A stretch of DNA of 64,000 nucleotides from Gonapodya sp. JEL0774 (lineage: Eukaryota): positions 1 to 64,000 of the forward strand of contig JADIIX010000019.1 in the NCBI GenBank assembly GCA_027604505.1, written 5' to 3'. The notes beneath the pieces are model-generated. The model saw only the letters and a list, made by a program, of their open reading frames with translations. It did not search any database and was not told the DNA's origin. The first letter of the stretch is position 1. Each line of letters begins with the position of its first letter. Positions 61,212-64,000 of this stretch are shown piece by piece. The translations under genes were made by a program, and so were the position numbers.

Positions 61212-64000
61212 TTACAAAGCCCTCCTTTTGATTTTTCTCCGTGCATTGAAGAATGTGACCGCGCTGGGCTCGGCTTCCTCCAAATTCATTTTCTGAAGGT
61301 GCATTCCATCCAGGAAAATCAGAACACAAGGGAGATTGGGAATGGAGACCACAATCGTACCTGCAATTGCATTATCTCAAACTTCTCAGCGACATCCATC
61401 AGGTCCTAAAGCAATATTCACTTTTCAGTTTAACCTTGTTGTTTTTCATTGGAGTGTCCAACTACTCACATCCTCACCCGCTCGGCCAACACCTCCAGCT
61501 GTCACGCCATAAGTAAGGGCGTAGTGTTGCTCAAAATCTTGTATAAGTTTTCTCCTGCACTGATCTACTAATCGGTCGCAGTATTCGACTTCTCCTCGAG
61601 CTGTGCGAAGGGTGGCATAGCGGTCGCGGTACTGTGCTTTCAGGAACTTCAAGCGATCAAGCTGGCTGTGTTCTTCTTCGTCAATAATCCGATCACCAGT
61701 TTCTTTGGGATTTTGATAGGTGGGTAGGCTCAGCAGAACAGAGAACAGGAATAAAATGGAACTAAAAGTACCACCTGCAGCTAGCGTATTCCGCTCCTGG
61801 GCTTTCCTCCCTAGAATTTCCTTCACTTCGTCGATTTCATATTTGGATTCATTCACAGCCTCGGCTGCTTCCTTTGCGATTCGACGCTTTTCGCGTAAAG
61901 CAGCTTTGTTGCATGATGCAAAGTCACAACAAGTGTTCCAAACAAGTTTTCACAACTCGTTCGCAGCGCACTTACCTTTATTCTCACTCAGAATTTTGCT
62001 CATTTCGGCACCCTTGATCCTTTTATAGGCTTCGAACTCTTCCGATCGCGGAGGTGGCGCGAAGTTGGCAGCTGGATCCAGTGCGCTCACCCGAGGTGAG
62101 CTTGTGCTGCTCTTTATTGGCAAAGGTGGCAGAATTGGTGATGAAGGAACGCCATCGGTTTGCGTGCTATTTCTAGGAGAAATCGGAATATGCTGGCGGA
62201 CAGGACCCATTAAAGCACTCTCCTGCCAAGTTGGAGTTAATCTCAGTACTTACACCGTCTTCCATCTTTACGGATGCGGTTTCAAAAGACAACACGGGCA
62301 CGTCACTCAATGAATGTTTTGCCTGAGAATCTGCCAGGCCGTTCATACTCCCGAACTTTTTCTCGCTTTTGACAGGTGGCTTCTTTTTGTTCTTGTCAGA
62401 TCCTTTGATTTCTTTCAGTCCAATCTTTGAGGGTTGTGGCCGGGCGCTCGATGGTACCTTTACCGTCAGTTCAGTGTTGGCGCACGATTTAAATTTGTAA
62501 CCGTGCCCTTACCAAGCCAATAGCAAACCCCCCTTCGAGTTCCCCAACGCCTTCTTCTTTTTCCAAGTCAACGATCCCCGTTTTGATCCCTCCATTCTCA
62601 TTACCTCCTGTACTGAGCGATGCGGAGGATGACTTTTCCATTGCGGTTATCTGGGTTGCTGAGGGCAACAGAGCGCCACCTGATATGCGCCCCTCTCTTG
62701 CTGCCCGCTTGAGATCTTCTAATTCGACCTCTATACACTTGTAAAGATTGCGGAACTGAGCAAAACTTTCTCTGATCTGCCTTAGACTGGAGATCTGTTG
62801 ATTGCCACGAGTTATCCCCACCCAGAAAGAATATGCGTCAAGTGCCCTCACTTCGAGATCTTCATTGTCGTGGTCCAAATAATTCTTGACTTGCTTTTGC
62901 AGTTCGTACTTTTGACTTTCGGTCAGCGGTTCGTACTGTACATGACTCCGGTTTGCAAGCGTATCGTGCATCGAAAGTTCCTGCCTCAAATCCTTTACTT
63001 CTTTCTCGTACTTCTTTATAAGCGCCATAGGATCAGATTGAATGTTGACCGTAGGGGTATTGGTGACACACATCATGCGGCTTGCAAAGCGGAGTGTTGA
63101 GATAGTTTCTTCAATGTGCAAACGTTCGCCCCAGATGCAAGCGCTTCCATAAAAATCAATCACAATGGGCAATGTTGTAGAATCTCTGTCACCTTCATTT
63201 GCGGGAGAATTCTTACATGACAAGGGTGGTGCAGTTCCCTCCTAGAGAATCCCGAAGCACGTTCGTCAGTTTAGACTGCCGATACGGAATGTGCTCCCTC
63301 CTTTTATCGGCAAGCGCAATCACAACTTGCTCTAAGAAGGTCAAACTCTTGTTTATGTACATTGCTTCTCTGAGAGAAGTACCGGAAGTCTGAGTCTTAG
63401 AAATCCGCTCAGAACCTGCAAGGTCCACCAAATTGAGTTTTGAGTAAAGAACTTCCTCGGAGTTCTCTTGGCGAGAGCGTGCCTCGAGATAAATAGTGAA
63501 GATGCAATGAGAGCTATGCAGAAATGAGAGTGACTGACGTATGGTGGAAATGAGAACAATAAACTTACCGCGAAGAAGTTCTATTCATCTGGTGCTCAGA
63601 GATGGACTTGTTTGTTTCACCCTCGAACAAGTAATTGAGCGCATCCTCTTCGTTATTCGCTATTAGAAGGTTCAACCCTCTGACAGACGAACCCCCATTC
63701 TTATCGTCAACAACAATGAGTGGCCCCGTGCTCTCCTCGGCACCATCCACAGTAGTGAGGAGATCCACAACTTGCTCCTGGTGACTTTTTCGGTTATCGA
63801 TACTATATTGATCCACACGTTTTTGACCCAACCCACCTGATAAATCTCGAGATACGAGATTCGAGCAGTCACTGCGAGTTGTGGTTTCTCCGAGATGTCT
63901 TTAAAAATCTGCGATATGACCCGTGGTATCAAACCACGATGTTTATAATTCTCAGTTGCGCCGGTAATGGTGAACGTCTTGCCGGCGCCAGTTTGCCCGT
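61212..64000 (-). CDS. KIF9: Kinesin-9 (KIF9/KLP1-like), N-terminus lies beyond the window end
   Basis: GQTGAGKTFTITG; SYLEIY; EHQMNRTSSR; LVDLAGSER; YINKSLTFLEQV; IPYRQSKLT.VLRDSLGGNC; LRQELSMHDTL; IIDEEEH..LKAQYR; stop at 61212-61214. Confidence 0.93.

Overview
Eukaryotic, very gene-dense and intron-rich DNA (mostly 40-80 nt GT-AG introns). It comes from a flagellated early-diverging fungus of chytrid/monoblepharid grade; this is inferred from fungal-type Oca1, Snt2, Set1 and DUF3844 genes alongside the ciliary genes MKS1 and kinesin-9. The first ~3.4 kb is transposon debris: a decayed ORF1-like gene, a possible solo LTR and a chromodomain relic. Twenty spliced genes follow: OCA1-like, MKS1, ATG4, SET1, clathrin heavy chain, NDUFA8, an HVA22/REEP-like protein, a proline-rich WCA/PRR11/MTFR1-like protein, a Cu-ATPase, SNT2, actin, a DUF3844 protein, eIF2B-alpha, a PWWP protein, AlaRS, BRX1, TOP1, polo kinase, a PEHE/Sas4-like protein and a 5'-truncated KIF9. 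A Helitron relic lies at ~32.6-33.5 kb. I could not support any multi-gene novel pathway, CRISPR array, rRNA or tRNA. The best leads are: (i) an orphan protein whose hidden last exon completes a polyproline-WH2-C-acidic(W) module, a candidate new Arp2/3 activator; (ii) head-to-tail genes only 72-117 nt apart, suggesting polycistronic or overlapping transcription; (iii) a Set1 apparently lacking its RRMs; and (iv) oversized, strongly base-paired introns and 7-15 nt microexons. All gene models were spliced by eye, and start codons are less certain than stops.
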